From assembly GCA_018823705.1 (NCBI GenBank), contig JAHJHP010000031.1:1982-65981 (forward strand): a stretch of DNA of 64,000 bases, in the 5' to 3' direction. The number at the start of each line of letters is the position of its first letter. Position 1 is the stretch's first letter. A program made the translations under genes and the position numbers. The stretch is from Candidatus Omnitrophota bacterium (GTDB lineage Bacteria; Omnitrophota; Gorgyraeia; 2-01-FULL-45-10). Below the pieces are notes generated by a model that was not told the DNA's origin, searched no databases, and was given only the letters and a program-made list of their open reading frames with translations. Below are positions 9,762 through 19,670 of the stretch, in pieces.

Positions 9762-10247
9762 ATGAACGAGATAATAGAGATATTGGAGCGTGACGCGCGC
9801 GCGACCCCGGAAGAGATAGCGAAGATGCTCGGAATGACGAGCAAGGCCGTGGCTTTGGCGATAAAGAAGATGGAAAAAGAGGGTATCATACTCAAGTATA
9901 AGGCGATAATAAATAGAGAGATGTCAAAAGAAGAGCGTAATGATGTCCGCGCCCTGATAGAGGTAAAGCTTACTCCGCAGAAGAACGTAGGTTTCGATCA
10001 TCTGGCGGAACGCATATATCAGTTTCCGGAAGTAACGAGCTGCTATCTGATGTCCGGCACTTATGATCTTCTGGTAGTGGTCGAAGGCGGCAATATCCAC
10101 ACGGTCTCCAGCTTTGTCAGCGAAAAACTTTCCCCCATGGAAGGGGTGAGGGGGACGGTCACCCATTTTATATTGAAGAAATATAAGGAAGACGGAGATA
10201 TATTGAAACAGCCGGAGCGCTCCAAGCGGCCGGCAATAAGCCTATAA
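9762..10247 (+). CDS. Lrp/AsnC family transcriptional regulator
   Basis: N-terminal HTH (ILERDARATPEEIAKMLGMTSKAV) plus RAM/ACT-like C-terminal domain. Confidence 0.85.
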   Translation: MNEIIEILERDARATPEEIAKMLGMTSKAVALAIKKMEKEGIILKYKAIINREMSKEERNDVRALIEVKLTPQKNVGFDHLAERIYQFPEVTSCYLMSGTYDLLVVVEGGNIHTVSSFVSEKLSPMEGVRGTVTHFILKKYKEDGDILKQPERSKRPAISL

Positions 10248-10251
10248 AAAT

Positions 10252-11412
10252 ATGAAGACAGCGAAAATAGTAGGGCAGATACCGCCTTCGGGCATACGCG
10301 TATTCTTTGATCTCGTTCTCGGGATGAAGGATGTTATATCACTTGGCGTAGGAGAGCCGGATTTTGTCACTCCCTGGAATATAAGGGAGAGGGCTATCTA
10401 CGCTGTCGAAGAGGGTTACACTTCCTACACATCCAATAAAGGCCTCGTGGAGCTCCGCCGTGAGATATCGAAATTTTTAAAGAACAAACACGGCCTCGAT
10501 TACGATCCTGAAGAAGAGATACTCATAACAGTGGGTGTCAGTGAGGCTTTTGATCTCTCCCTGAGAGCTATTATCGACAGAGGCGACAGGATCCTTATAC
10601 CCGAGCCGGCATATGTCTCTTATCGGCCGATAACGATGCTATGCGGCGGGACGCCAGTTTCGATAAATACAAGTCCCGGCAGTAATTTCAAGATCACGCC
10701 TAAGGATATATCGAGACTCTGCGATAAGAAGACGAAGGCGATGATATTGAACTATCCCAACAATCCCACGGGCGCTTCCTATTCCAAAAAAGAGCTCAAA
10801 GCCATATCCGAGGTGATATTGAAACGGGATCTCATAATGATATCGGACGAGATATATGGCGATCTCACCTATGATTTTGAGCATACGCCTTTCGCGACGC
10901 TCCCGAAGATGAAGGAGCGCACCATATACCTTAACGGATTTTCTAAATCATACGCTATGACGGGATGGAGAGTCGGGTACGCTTGCGGCCCCAAAAGCCT
11001 GATCGGGGCCATGACCAAGATACACCAGTATACGATGCTCTGCGCATCCATTATCTCTCAGATGGCAGCTGTGGAAGCTCTCAAGTCCGGGGAGAGATCC
11101 GTTCAGGAGATGAAGCGCGAATACAGGAGAAGGAGAGAATTCGTCATATCCCGCCTGAATGAGATAGGATTATCGTGCCATCGGCCAGAGGGCGCGTTTT
11201 ACGCTTTCCCGTCAATAAAAGAGACAAGGTTATCGTCCCTGGAGTTTTCGAGGAGGCTTCTGGAAAAAGAGAAAGTGGCGGTAGTGCCGGGCACGGCATT
11301 CGGCTCGCTTGGAGAAGGATATCTCAGGCTGTCCTACGCTTCGAATATGGATAAGCTTAAAGAAGCTCTTCTCGGTATCGAGCGTTTCGTGAAGTCCCTT
11401 AGCCAGATATAG
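10252..11412 (+). CDS. pyridoxal-phosphate-dependent aminotransferase class I/II (aspartate/aromatic aminotransferase-like)
   Basis: Fold-type I aminotransferase with Lys in FSKSYAMTGWRVGY. Classic AsnC-aminotransferase pairing. Confidence 0.85.
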   Translation: MKTAKIVGQIPPSGIRVFFDLVLGMKDVISLGVGEPDFVTPWNIRERAIYAVEEGYTSYTSNKGLVELRREISKFLKNKHGLDYDPEEEILITVGVSEAFDLSLRAIIDRGDRILIPEPAYVSYRPITMLCGGTPVSINTSPGSNFKITPKDISRLCDKKTKAMILNYPNNPTGASYSKKELKAISEVILKRDLIMISDEIYGDLTYDFEHTPFATLPKMKERTIYLNGFSKSYAMTGWRVGYACGPKSLIGAMTKIHQYTMLCASIISQMAAVEALKSGERSVQEMKREYRRRREFVISRLNEIGLSCHRPEGAFYAFPSIKETRLSSLEFSRRLLEKEKVAVVPGTAFGSLGEGYLRLSYASNMDKLKEALLGIERFVKSLSQI

Positions 11413-11413
11413 C

Positions 11414-11441
11414 TTGACAAAGAATTGAGTGGCGGTATAAT
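11414..11441 (+). promoter_or_regulatory. near-consensus sigma70 promoter TTGACA-16-TATAAT
   Basis: cttgacaaagaattgagtggcggtataatc, 25 nt upstream of the RBS aggagcgagg. Confidence 0.6.
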
Positions 11442-11465
11442 CACATTTAAAGAAAGGAGCGAGGA

Positions 11466-11939
11466 ATGAATAAGAGGTTTTTGACAGTTTTATTGATCGC
11501 AATAATAACATTAACAGTCGCTTTGCCGGGGTGTAAAGGTAAGATTGAGAAGCAGTTAGAAGAACCCGGATTAGAGGAGGCCGACACTATGACACCTCTG
11601 CCAATGGAAAGCATGATGAGCGCGCAGCAGGCGGCGCAGAACGTAATAGTGGAGCCGGCTCAAAGCCTTGCGTCCGAACCGATCCCTGCGACAGCAGCTC
11701 TTCCGGAAATTGCGGAGAGAGCGGCATCCTCTGTCACAAAGGCATCGCAGGACAGGAATAAAGATATTCAGAGAGCTCTTAAGTCAGCGGGATTCTATAC
11801 CGGCGCGATAGACGGTAAGATCGGCCCGAGGTCCAAGAAGGCTGTAATAGATTTTCAGAAAGCCAACGGTCTTAAGGTGGATGGAAAAGTAGGCCCGAAG
11901 ACATTGGCCGCGCTTGATAAGTACCTGTTGCGGGAGTAA
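11466..11939 (+). CDS. lipoprotein with C-terminal peptidoglycan-binding domain (paralog of 9134..9643)
   Basis: Lipobox ALPGC. C-terminal IQRALKSAGFYTGAIDGKIGPRSKKAVIDFQKANGLKVDGKVGPKT. Confidence 0.7.
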   Translation: MNKRFLTVLLIAIITLTVALPGCKGKIEKQLEEPGLEEADTMTPLPMESMMSAQQAAQNVIVEPAQSLASEPIPATAALPEIAERAASSVTKASQDRNKDIQRALKSAGFYTGAIDGKIGPRSKKAVIDFQKANGLKVDGKVGPKTLAALDKYLLRE

Positions 11940-11987
11940 CTCCCGAAAAGTCCGTCATGGTGACAATTTTATGGAGGTATTAATTTG

Positions 11988-12317
11988 ATGAAAGCTATTA
12001 AGGCGGCGGGTTTATGCGGCGCGGTTCTTGCTCTGGCGGTTTTACTGGCCGGTTGCGGAGTTTCAAAAAATAAGTACGAAGCTGTGCTGAACGAGAAGGT
12101 AGCCCTGGAAGAGAAAGTAGCTGTTATGACCGTGGCCAAAGACGCGCTGAAGAATGAGTATGACATACTGTTGAGCGAGAAGATGGATCAGGCGACCAAG
12201 CTTGAGATGGCTATCAATGAGAAAGCCGCGCTGAAATCCGAATACGATAAGCTGCTTGACGAAAAGATATCCCTGAGGGCGGCCTACGATAAGCTGTTAG
12301 CTGAGTCCGTGTCCTAA
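11988..12317 (+). CDS. coiled-coil lipoprotein
   Basis: Lipobox LLAGCG. Heptad-like repeats (NEKVALEEK, NEKAALKSEYDKLLDEK). Confidence 0.5.
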   Translation: MKAIKAAGLCGAVLALAVLLAGCGVSKNKYEAVLNEKVALEEKVAVMTVAKDALKNEYDILLSEKMDQATKLEMAINEKAALKSEYDKLLDEKISLRAAYDKLLAESVS

Positions 12318-12361
12318 TAACAGGACAGTTAACTAAAGAGTGAGGTAGCTGTAAGATCACC

Positions 12362-12401
12362 GGGAGGCACGTCTTCAGAAGATAGCGTGCCTCCTGTTTT
12401 T
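12362..12401 (+). terminator. rho-independent terminator
   Basis: Stem ggaggcacg / cgtgcctcc then tgtttttt. Confidence 0.65.
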
Positions 12402-12497
12402 TCCCGTCTAAACCTAACAATAAGCAACACATGACGGGATCCCGCCGTAAGTCGGATAGCAAGTTACAGGCGGGATCTCTCATCCAGGGGATGATAG

Positions 12498-13256
12498 ATG
12501 CTGAACGGTAAGAAGATAGTGGTCGTTATGCCCGCTTATAACGCCGAGAAGACGCTCAAGCGGACTTTCGATGAGATCCCGAAAGACATAGTAGACGATA
12601 TACTTCTCGTGGACGATAAGTCTTGCGATGGCACCGTAGATCTTGCCCGTTCACTGGGGATAAAAGTCTTCGTGCACGATAAGAACCTCGGCTACGGAGG
12701 TAATCAGAAGACCTGTTATAGCCAGGCGCTTAAGACCGGGGCCGATGTGGTCGTTATGCTGCATCCGGATTATCAATACCCCCCTAAACTCATAACGGCT
12801 ATGTCCGCGCTCATAACAAGCGGTATATTCGATGTTGTCCTCGGCTCAAGGATACTGGGCAATAAGGCTATAAAAGGCGGAATGCCGATATATAAATACA
12901 TTGCCAACAGGGCCCTGACGCTGCTGGAAAATAATATGATCGGACAAAAACTCTCCGAGTACCATACAGGCTACAGGGCTTTCTCCCGCAAGGTGCTTCT
13001 CAGCCTGCCCTTACTCGAGAATTCGGACGATTTTGTCTTTGATAACCAGATGCTGCTGCAGGCGTTCTATTTCGGGTATCAGGTGGGAGAGATAACGTGT
13101 CCCGCGAGCTATACCAGGGAGTCCTCATCCATCAATTTTTCAAGAAGCGTGATTTACGGGTTCGGTGTGCTGGAAGCGGCGTGGAAATATATGCTGAAGA
13201 AGCGCGGATTTGGCAAGTCGCGTATATTCGACAGTCTTGGCGATAAACTCTCTTAA
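12498..13256 (+). CDS. family 2 glycosyltransferase (dolichyl/polyprenyl-phosphate sugar transferase-like)
   Basis: [12 protein letters not shown]...[14 protein letters not shown]-type GT2 N-terminus. Confidence 0.8.
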   Translation: MLNGKKIVVVMPAYNAEKTLKRTFDEIPKDIVDDILLVDDKSCDGTVDLARSLGIKVFVHDKNLGYGGNQKTCYSQALKTGADVVVMLHPDYQYPPKLITAMSALITSGIFDVVLGSRILGNKAIKGGMPIYKYIANRALTLLENNMIGQKLSEYHTGYRAFSRKVLLSLPLLENSDDFVFDNQMLLQAFYFGYQVGEITCPASYTRESSSINFSRSVIYGFGVLEAAWKYMLKKRGFGKSRIFDSLGDKLS

Positions 13257-13271
13257 GAATATTCCTATCGC

Positions 13272-13300
13272 TTGACTTTTAGCCGTATATTTGATATAAG
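13272..13300 (+). promoter_or_regulatory. sigma70-like promoter TTGACT-17-TATAAG
   Basis: cttgacttttagccgtatatttgatataag upstream of RBS aaggagg. Confidence 0.4.
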
Positions 13301-13342
13301 AACTAACAAAGGTCATTATAAACAAAAAAGGAGGTTAGCGCT

Positions 13343-13804
13343 ATGAAGTTGTCATATTTAAAGGTTTTACTTGTATCCTGCATGCTCGTTTCGCTCATCG
13401 CAGTCCCTGCGATTTCCCAGGATACCGGAAATGCACCCACGGCGCCGCAGGAAGGGTCATCATCCATATTGACTCCCGTAATTATTCCTCAGGCTAAAGA
13501 GATAGCTATATACGGAGAAATCCAGACTGTTGATGTCCAGGCAAATGCTTTGGCCGTCCAGTATTACGATTACGACAGCGACAGTGAAAAGACCGCGGAT
13601 ATCGTGATTAACGCCGACACGAAGCTGGAGAACGCCATAGCTCTAAGTGACATTAAGAAGGGCGATTGGGTCGATGTAATTTATACTTCGACGGATGGGA
13701 AGAGTACCGCCAAGGTCGTTACGCTCGAGAAAGAAGAAGTACCTGCGCCCGATGAAGCATCGGCTCAAGGCGCTCGTCCCGTAAGCGTGCCCGCGGAACA
13801 GTAA
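13343..13804 (+). CDS. hypothetical secreted protein
   Basis: Signal peptide. No recognisable catalytic motif. Confidence 0.4.
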   Translation: MKLSYLKVLLVSCMLVSLIAVPAISQDTGNAPTAPQEGSSSILTPVIIPQAKEIAIYGEIQTVDVQANALAVQYYDYDSDSEKTADIVINADTKLENAIALSDIKKGDWVDVIYTSTDGKSTAKVVTLEKEEVPAPDEASAQGARPVSVPAEQ

Positions 13805-14751
13805 TGGCTAAAAGACGCGAGAAGAAGAGCAAGGTCTTAAAGACGAAAAAAGATCGGGCTGTCGTTGCGGTTAGATCAGAGCAGGAGGTTGCTCCTATGC
13901 CGAAGCAGGCTGAGGAAACGGTAAAGCCTTTTGATATCAAAGAGCAAAATGTCATGGATAAAAAAGAGTTTCGTTTCCCGCATGGCTATGGTGATAACAG
14001 GATAATTATCCTCATCAGGGATCCGTGGTGGATATTCTCTTATTGGGAGGTCCGCAGGGATAAAGAAGAAGAGATATTACGCAAGATTGAGTCTGCCGGT
14101 GATCAGAAACAAAAGTCGGTCCTTAGAGTTTACGACGTTACCGATGTTCACTTTAACGGCAGAAACGCCCACACATATTTTGATATCGACCTTGCCGGGT
14201 TGGCCAACAGCTGGTATATAAATGTGGGCAAGCCGGACCGGGCATGGATCGTAGATATAGGCATCGTTACGAAGAAAGGCGATTTTTATCTGCTCGCCCG
14301 CTCCAATGTCGTAAAGACGCCGAGATTCGGCATGTCGGACCAGCTGGACGCCGAATGGATGATGCCGGAAGAAGAATACTGGAAGATGTTCTCGCTCTCC
14401 GGAGGTTTTGGCCTGGGAAAAGGGTCGGTCGAAGTCAGGGAGATGGTGAAGAGGCAACTGGAAGAACAGATCTCCTCGGGAGCTCTCTCCAGCGGCGCTT
14501 CGGTATTCAAGGCCCGCGCCGAGCGAAAATTCTGGCTGGTAGTTAACTGCGAGCTTATTGTGTACGGGGCCACAGAACCCGACGCGAAGGTTTCGATGCA
14601 GGGAAAACCGATGCAGCTTCGTCCGGATGGCACATTCTCCATGAGATTTGCGCTTCCAGACGGCATGCAGGCCATCCCTGTAGAGGCGACCTCAAACGAT
14701 GGGATCGATACCCGCCGCATAACCCCGATAGTTACACGAAAGACAGAATAA
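13804..14751 (+). CDS. DUF4912-like protein (GH57-associated)
   Basis: Basic N-terminus. Located immediately upstream of and translationally coupled to a GH57 gene, an arrangement recalled for DUF4912. Confidence 0.45.
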   Translation: MAKRREKKSKVLKTKKDRAVVAVRSEQEVAPMPKQAEETVKPFDIKEQNVMDKKEFRFPHGYGDNRIIILIRDPWWIFSYWEVRRDKEEEILRKIESAGDQKQKSVLRVYDVTDVHFNGRNAHTYFDIDLAGLANSWYINVGKPDRAWIVDIGIVTKKGDFYLLARSNVVKTPRFGMSDQLDAEWMMPEEEYWKMFSLSGGFGLGKGSVEVREMVKRQLEEQISSGALSSGASVFKARAERKFWLVVNCELIVYGATEPDAKVSMQGKPMQLRPDGTFSMRFALPDGMQAIPVEATSNDGIDTRRITPIVTRKTE

Positions 14752-14757
14752 CATCTT

Positions 14758-16347
14758 ATGGCAAAAGGTTATCTCGCGATAGTACTGCATGCGCACCTTC
14801 CTTTCGTACGTCACCCCGAGTTTACTGATTTTCTGGAAGAGGACTGGCTATTTGAAGCCATCACCGAGACTTACATCCCTCTCATAAAGATGCTGCAGGG
14901 CCTCGAAAGAGACAAGATAGAATATAAGCTCACGATATCGCTATCCCCGACGCTAATGACCATGCTTATGGACGGCCATTTGCAGAGTAAATATATAAGA
15001 CACCTGGAAAAATTGATCGAGCTTTCCGAAAAAGAGATAGACAGGACAAAATGGGAGCATCAGTTCAACGCCCTTGCTCACATGTATCACACGATGTTTG
15101 TTGACGCTCGCCGTATATTCGTGGAAGAGTACGGGCGTAACCTTGTAAATGCTTTCAAACATTTCCAGGAGACGGGTAATCTCGAAGTTATAACCTGCTG
15201 CGCTACACACGGTTACCTGCCGTTAATGGAGACGGAGAGGACTGCTTCGGTAAGAGGCCAGGTGAAGACGGCTACCGATATGTATCAGAAGGTATTCGGC
15301 AGGAAGACTCCGGGAATATGGCTTCCCGAATGCGGATATGTACCGGGCGATGAAGCGGCATTGAAGCGGGAAGGTGTGAAGTACTTCCTTGTCGACAGTC
15401 ACGGCATATTATTCGGCACTCCCAGGCCGAGGTTTGGCGTCTTCAGCGGCTACCTTACAAAGAGCGGCGTCGCGGTATACGGTAGAGACATAGAGTCGTC
15501 GAAGTCTGTATGGAGCGCGGTGGAGGGTTATCCGGGCGATTATAATTACAGGGAATTCTACAGGGATATCGGTTTCGACCTCGATTACAATTACATAAGG
15601 CCGTACATAAACGCCGACGGAGTAAGGATAAATACCGGCGTTAAATATTACAAGATCACGGGAATTACAAATCATAAAGAGCCTTATAACCCCGATCAGG
15701 CGCGCGATACGGCCGCTTCACATGCCGCCAACTTCATGTTCAATCGCGAGAAGCAGGTTGAACACCTGATAGGATCGATGGGTGGTAGAAAGCCGATAAT
15801 CATCGCGCCCTACGACGCGGAGTTATATGGCCACTGGTGGTATGAAGGCCCGATGTGGCTTGATTTTCTGATCAGGAAGATACGGTATGACCAGGATACG
15901 ATAGCGCTTACTACCCCCGGGGAATATATGAAGATGTATAAGAGCTATCAGGTACTGCAGCCGGCTTTCTCCAGTTGGGGGTATAAGGGTTACAGTGAAT
16001 TCTGGCTCGAAGGTTCCAACGACTGGATATACAGGCATCTTCACAAGATGGTAGAACGCATGGTAGAAGCGGCCAATACCAATAGACACGCCAAAGGCCT
16101 GGTATTAAGAGCGCTGAATCAGATGGCCAGGGAACTGCTCTTGGCCCAATCCAGCGATTGGGCATTCATCATAAAGACGGGTTCGCACTCTTCGTATGCG
16201 ATCAAGCGCTTCAGGGGCCATGCTGAGAACTTTACCAGCCTCTATGACGATATCAAATCGGGCTCACCGGATGAGGAATATTTAAAACGCCTCGAAGGTA
16301 AGAATAATATATTCCCGGACGTGGACTACACTGTCTATTGTACTTAA
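14758..16347 (+). CDS. GH57 family 1,4-alpha-glucan branching enzyme
   Basis: LAIVLHAHLPFVRHPE N-terminal GH57 signature. About 530 aa, typical of GH57 GlgB-type enzymes. Confidence 0.8.
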   Translation: MAKGYLAIVLHAHLPFVRHPEFTDFLEEDWLFEAITETYIPLIKMLQGLERDKIEYKLTISLSPTLMTMLMDGHLQSKYIRHLEKLIELSEKEIDRTKWEHQFNALAHMYHTMFVDARRIFVEEYGRNLVNAFKHFQETGNLEVITCCATHGYLPLMETERTASVRGQVKTATDMYQKVFGRKTPGIWLPECGYVPGDEAALKREGVKYFLVDSHGILFGTPRPRFGVFSGYLTKSGVAVYGRDIESSKSVWSAVEGYPGDYNYREFYRDIGFDLDYNYIRPYINADGVRINTGVKYYKITGITNHKEPYNPDQARDTAASHAANFMFNREKQVEHLIGSMGGRKPIIIAPYDAELYGHWWYEGPMWLDFLIRKIRYDQDTIALTTPGEYMKMYKSYQVLQPAFSSWGYKGYSEFWLEGSNDWIYRHLHKMVERMVEAANTNRHAKGLVLRALNQMARELLLAQSSDWAFIIKTGSHSSYAIKRFRGHAENFTSLYDDIKSGSPDEEYLKRLEGKNNIFPDVDYTVYCT

Positions 16348-16365
16348 ACATATCAAGGCCATAAG

Positions 16366-18027
16366 ATGAATGTAAACAAGAGGCTGGGTGTCGCGTTCTT
16401 GTGGCACATGCATCAACCGTTTTACAAAGATCCGCTATCCGATAAATACCTCATGCCCTGGGTAAGGCTCCACGGGATCAAAGATTATTTTCCGATGGCC
16501 CGCCTTGTAGAAAATTTCGACAATATCAGGGTTACTTTCAATCTGGTTCCATCGCTCGTGGAGCAGATCAACGACTATGTTCAAAATGACGTCTCAGACG
16601 CATATCTTGATCTCACCGTAAAGAAAGCCAGTCTCCTTACGCTCGAGGATAAGGTGGAAATCCTGAACCATTTCTTCAAGGTAAATTTCAAACAGTTCAT
16701 CGAGCCTAACCCCAGATTTTCCGAACTCCTGATCAAAAAAGGGGTCAAACCCCTTACGGGGACTGCCCTCAAAAGAATGGTCAAGACATTCTCGAAGCGG
16801 GACTTCCTGGATCTGCAGGTGCTATTCAACCTCGCGTGGTTCCATTCCATATCTATCGATGATGATACGCAGCTCAATGACCTGATAAGGAAGGGCAAGA
16901 ATTACAACGAAGGCGATAAAGAGTATGTGGTCATTAAGCAGAAAGAGATAATGAGCCAGATCCTGCCGCTCTACAGGAGATTGCAGGACGAGGGGCGCAT
17001 AGAGATCACGACTACGCCTTTTTACCATCCGATTTTACCGCTTATATGCGACACTTCAGTAGCGAAGATTTCGCTCCCTCACTCACCGCTGCCGAAAAAA
17101 TATTCGCATCCGGAAGATGCCGAATGGCAGGTGGAGGCAGCGATAAAATACCATACTGAGCAGTTCGGCGCGCCTCCGCGGGGCATGTGGCCGTCCGAAG
17201 GCAGTGTATCGGATCAGATGCTCGATATATTGACAAAGAAAGGCATAGACTGGGTAGCGACTGACGAGGACATACTCTTTAACAGCCTGTCATTATATGA
17301 TAAGAACTATAAGGGCCAGACAGAATTCGACCGTCGTATAATATACCGTCCTTATACTTATAAGGTCGATTCGCGCCGTATCACGATGATCTTCAGGGAC
17401 AAGAACCTTTCCGATATTATCAGCTTCAACTATCACTCCTGGGACCAGGACGAAGCGGCCCGGGACCTGATAAATCACTGCAATAACGTGGGCGAGCGTA
17501 TGCGCCGCGATAACGACAGGGGCCTATTGACGATAGTCATGGACGGTGAAAATGCGTGGGAATACTTTGACGATAACGGCAGATTATTTTTCGATACGCT
17601 CTATGCCGGCCTCGATAAACAGGAACTTATAGGATCCACTACGGTGAGCGATTTTCTGGAGCTCGAAAGCTCCAAGAGATCGATAACTAAGGTATTCCCG
17701 GGATCGTGGATAAACCATAATTTCGATATTTGGATAGGCCAGGAACAGGATAATATGTCGTGGGACTATCTTAACAGAGTCAGGAAAGACCTCGTAAAAT
17801 TCACAAAAGAGGCTGAAGATGACCCCGGTGTGGACGGAGTCAGTATAGCGAGTGCCTGGCGGGAGTTGTATATAGCGGAAGGGAGCGACTGGAACTGGTG
17901 GTATACCGGCAAGGCTCATGCCGGCAAAGAAAACCCGTTCGACAAGCTGTACAGGACCCATTTAAAGAATATATACAGGCTTCTGAAGAAGCCGATTCCG
18001 GACTTTTTGAAGATTTCTATTGCATAA
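16366..18027 (+). CDS. GH57 family glycoside hydrolase (alpha-amylase / 4-alpha-glucanotransferase-like)
   Basis: WHMHQPFY GH57 region-I motif. 553 aa. Confidence 0.75.
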   Translation: MNVNKRLGVAFLWHMHQPFYKDPLSDKYLMPWVRLHGIKDYFPMARLVENFDNIRVTFNLVPSLVEQINDYVQNDVSDAYLDLTVKKASLLTLEDKVEILNHFFKVNFKQFIEPNPRFSELLIKKGVKPLTGTALKRMVKTFSKRDFLDLQVLFNLAWFHSISIDDDTQLNDLIRKGKNYNEGDKEYVVIKQKEIMSQILPLYRRLQDEGRIEITTTPFYHPILPLICDTSVAKISLPHSPLPKKYSHPEDAEWQVEAAIKYHTEQFGAPPRGMWPSEGSVSDQMLDILTKKGIDWVATDEDILFNSLSLYDKNYKGQTEFDRRIIYRPYTYKVDSRRITMIFRDKNLSDIISFNYHSWDQDEAARDLINHCNNVGERMRRDNDRGLLTIVMDGENAWEYFDDNGRLFFDTLYAGLDKQELIGSTTVSDFLELESSKRSITKVFPGSWINHNFDIWIGQEQDNMSWDYLNRVRKDLVKFTKEAEDDPGVDGVSIASAWRELYIAEGSDWNWWYTGKAHAGKENPFDKLYRTHLKNIYRLLKKPIPDFLKISIA

Positions 18028-18081
18028 GAAGCCCCGGATATGTATAATTAGGGCAAATTCTATGAAAGGAGGTAGTTAGTC

Positions 18082-18264
18082 ATGGCAAAAACGACTTTTA
18101 AAATAGGGAAGTCTTCCAATCCGCCGATGTCTAAGGAAGATATAAATTCGTTAATAGCGAAGAAATCCTATGAGCTTTACGAAAAGAGAGGCCGCAAGAG
18201 CGGTTATGCGCTGCAGGACTGGATTGAAGCTGAGAAGATCGTAAAGGGTAAGATCTCCAGATAA
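18082..18264 (+). CDS. DUF2934-like small protein
   Basis: 60 aa. KKSYELYEKRG...LQDWIEAE core shared with the 33539 paralog. RBS aaggagg. Confidence 0.55.
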   Translation: MAKTTFKIGKSSNPPMSKEDINSLIAKKSYELYEKRGRKSGYALQDWIEAEKIVKGKISR

Positions 18265-18298
18265 TCTGACTTTTCCCGTAACAGTTTATAAAATTTAG

Positions 18299-18336
18299 TA
18301 AGGCCGGACTTTAAATGCCCGGCCTTATTGTTTTAT
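18299..18336 (+). terminator. rho-independent terminator
   Basis: aaggccgg...ccggcctt hairpin followed by attgtttt. Confidence 0.6.
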
Positions 18337-18439
18337 CCTTCGGCTCCACTGCTGGCAAATCTCTTGTTTTTGGCGGTGTATATGATATAATTTGATATAA
18401 TTATAGTAAAAGGGGGGCGCTATTACGCAGTTATTTCTC

Positions 18440-19021
18440 TTGTCGTTTATACCTATATTTGTTGCGATGGATGTCCTTGGCATACTTCCGCTATATATCG
18501 GATTTACCGAGCATCTCAAGAAGAGAAATAAGCGGGATATCATCAGTCAATCGATCATAACGGCTTTCGTGATAGGCATAACATTCCTTTTTTTGGGCAA
18601 GTGGATATTCGAGCTACTCGGTGTCATGGTATTTGATTTTAAGATAGCCGGAGGGCTTGTCCTTTTAACCATAGCTCTCCGCGATCTTCTTCAGCACAGA
18701 AAGCCTCACAGATTATCGACAGATACTATGGGAGCCGTACCTATAGGCACGCCGCTTGTAACAGGCCCTGCGGTGCTGACTACGATGGTGATCCTCCTGG
18801 ATTCATACGGCATGTTCTTTACGGTCTTATCTTTTATCGTCAACCTGATGATAGTATGGGTCGTGTTTACCTTCGCGGATTCGATATTGAAGGTCCTGGG
18901 TAAGGCGGGCTCTAAAGCGCTGTCAAAGATAGCGCATCTTTTACTTGCCGCGATCGCGGTTATGATGATGCGCAAAGGGCTGTTTGACGCAATAACGTAC
19001 TTTACTTCTAAAGGTTTCTGA
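18440..19021 (+). CDS. MarC family (UPF0056) integral membrane protein
   Basis: FIPIFVAMDVLGILPLY N-terminus typical of MarC. About 6 TM helices. TTG start per the ORF track. Confidence 0.75.
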   Translation: MSFIPIFVAMDVLGILPLYIGFTEHLKKRNKRDIISQSIITAFVIGITFLFLGKWIFELLGVMVFDFKIAGGLVLLTIALRDLLQHRKPHRLSTDTMGAVPIGTPLVTGPAVLTTMVILLDSYGMFFTVLSFIVNLMIVWVVFTFADSILKVLGKAGSKALSKIAHLLLAAIAVMMMRKGLFDAITYFTSKGF

Positions 19022-19052
19022 CGGGCCATAGAAGGGCTGTGAAAAGGATTAT

Positions 19053-19670
19053 ATGATCTGGATGATAAAAGGCGGGCCGGTTATGATACCGATAATATTC
19101 GGTTCCATACTCGGCCTGGCGATAATAATCTGTAAACTTTGGCAGCTGTACGGGATCAGGATGGATGCCGAAAAGTTTACGGAGGGCGTCATATCCAGAG
19201 TTCGTCTTAAACGTTTTGACGAGGCTATCGAATACTGTTCCCGTAACACACGATATCCGCTCGCCATAACTTTGAAAGCCGGTCTTGAGAAGAGAACCCT
19301 GGCCGTTCATGAGATAGAGAAGGTCCTGGAGCGGGTCGGAAATACCCAGGTAAAGCGGCTCGAAAAATATATAGGCGGCCTGATATCGATAATCGGCATA
19401 GAACCGCTACTGGGATTTTTGGGAACGATCACAGGGTTAATAAAAGCCTTCATGGCGTGGGAGAGGGCAGGGTCGAATGTAACCGTATCCCAGCTGGCCG
19501 CCGGGATATATGGGGCGATGGTAACGACCGCGGCCGGCCTTATCGTAGCCGTGCCTTTCTACCTGATATGCAATTTCATTATCTCAAGAATAAAATATGT
19601 CTCCTACGAATTGAGTGATTCTTCGATGCAGCTTGTCGAGGCGATAGTCGAAGCGAAACACGGCGCATGA
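19053..19670 (+). CDS. exbB: MotA/TolQ/ExbB proton-channel family protein
   Basis: 3-TM topology with conserved C-terminal channel helices (GFLGTITGLI...AAGIYGAMVTTAAGLIVAVP). Confidence 0.85.
   Translation: MIWMIKGGPVMIPIIFGSILGLAIIICKLWQLYGIRMDAEKFTEGVISRVRLKRFDEAIEYCSRNTRYPLAITLKAGLEKRTLAVHEIEKVLERVGNTQVKRLEKYIGGLISIIGIEPLLGFLGTITGLIKAFMAWERAGSNVTVSQLAAGIYGAMVTTAAGLIVAVPFYLICNFIISRIKYVSYELSDSSMQLVEAIVEAKHGA

Noticed and set aside
12436-12478. Hairpin cgggatcccgcc...ggcgggatctc upstream of the GT2 gene considered as a riboswitch/attenuator
   Set aside because: A single short stem with no flanking conserved motifs recognisable as any known riboswitch class. It may be just a secondary terminator or mRNA-stabilising stem. 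Insufficient evidence.
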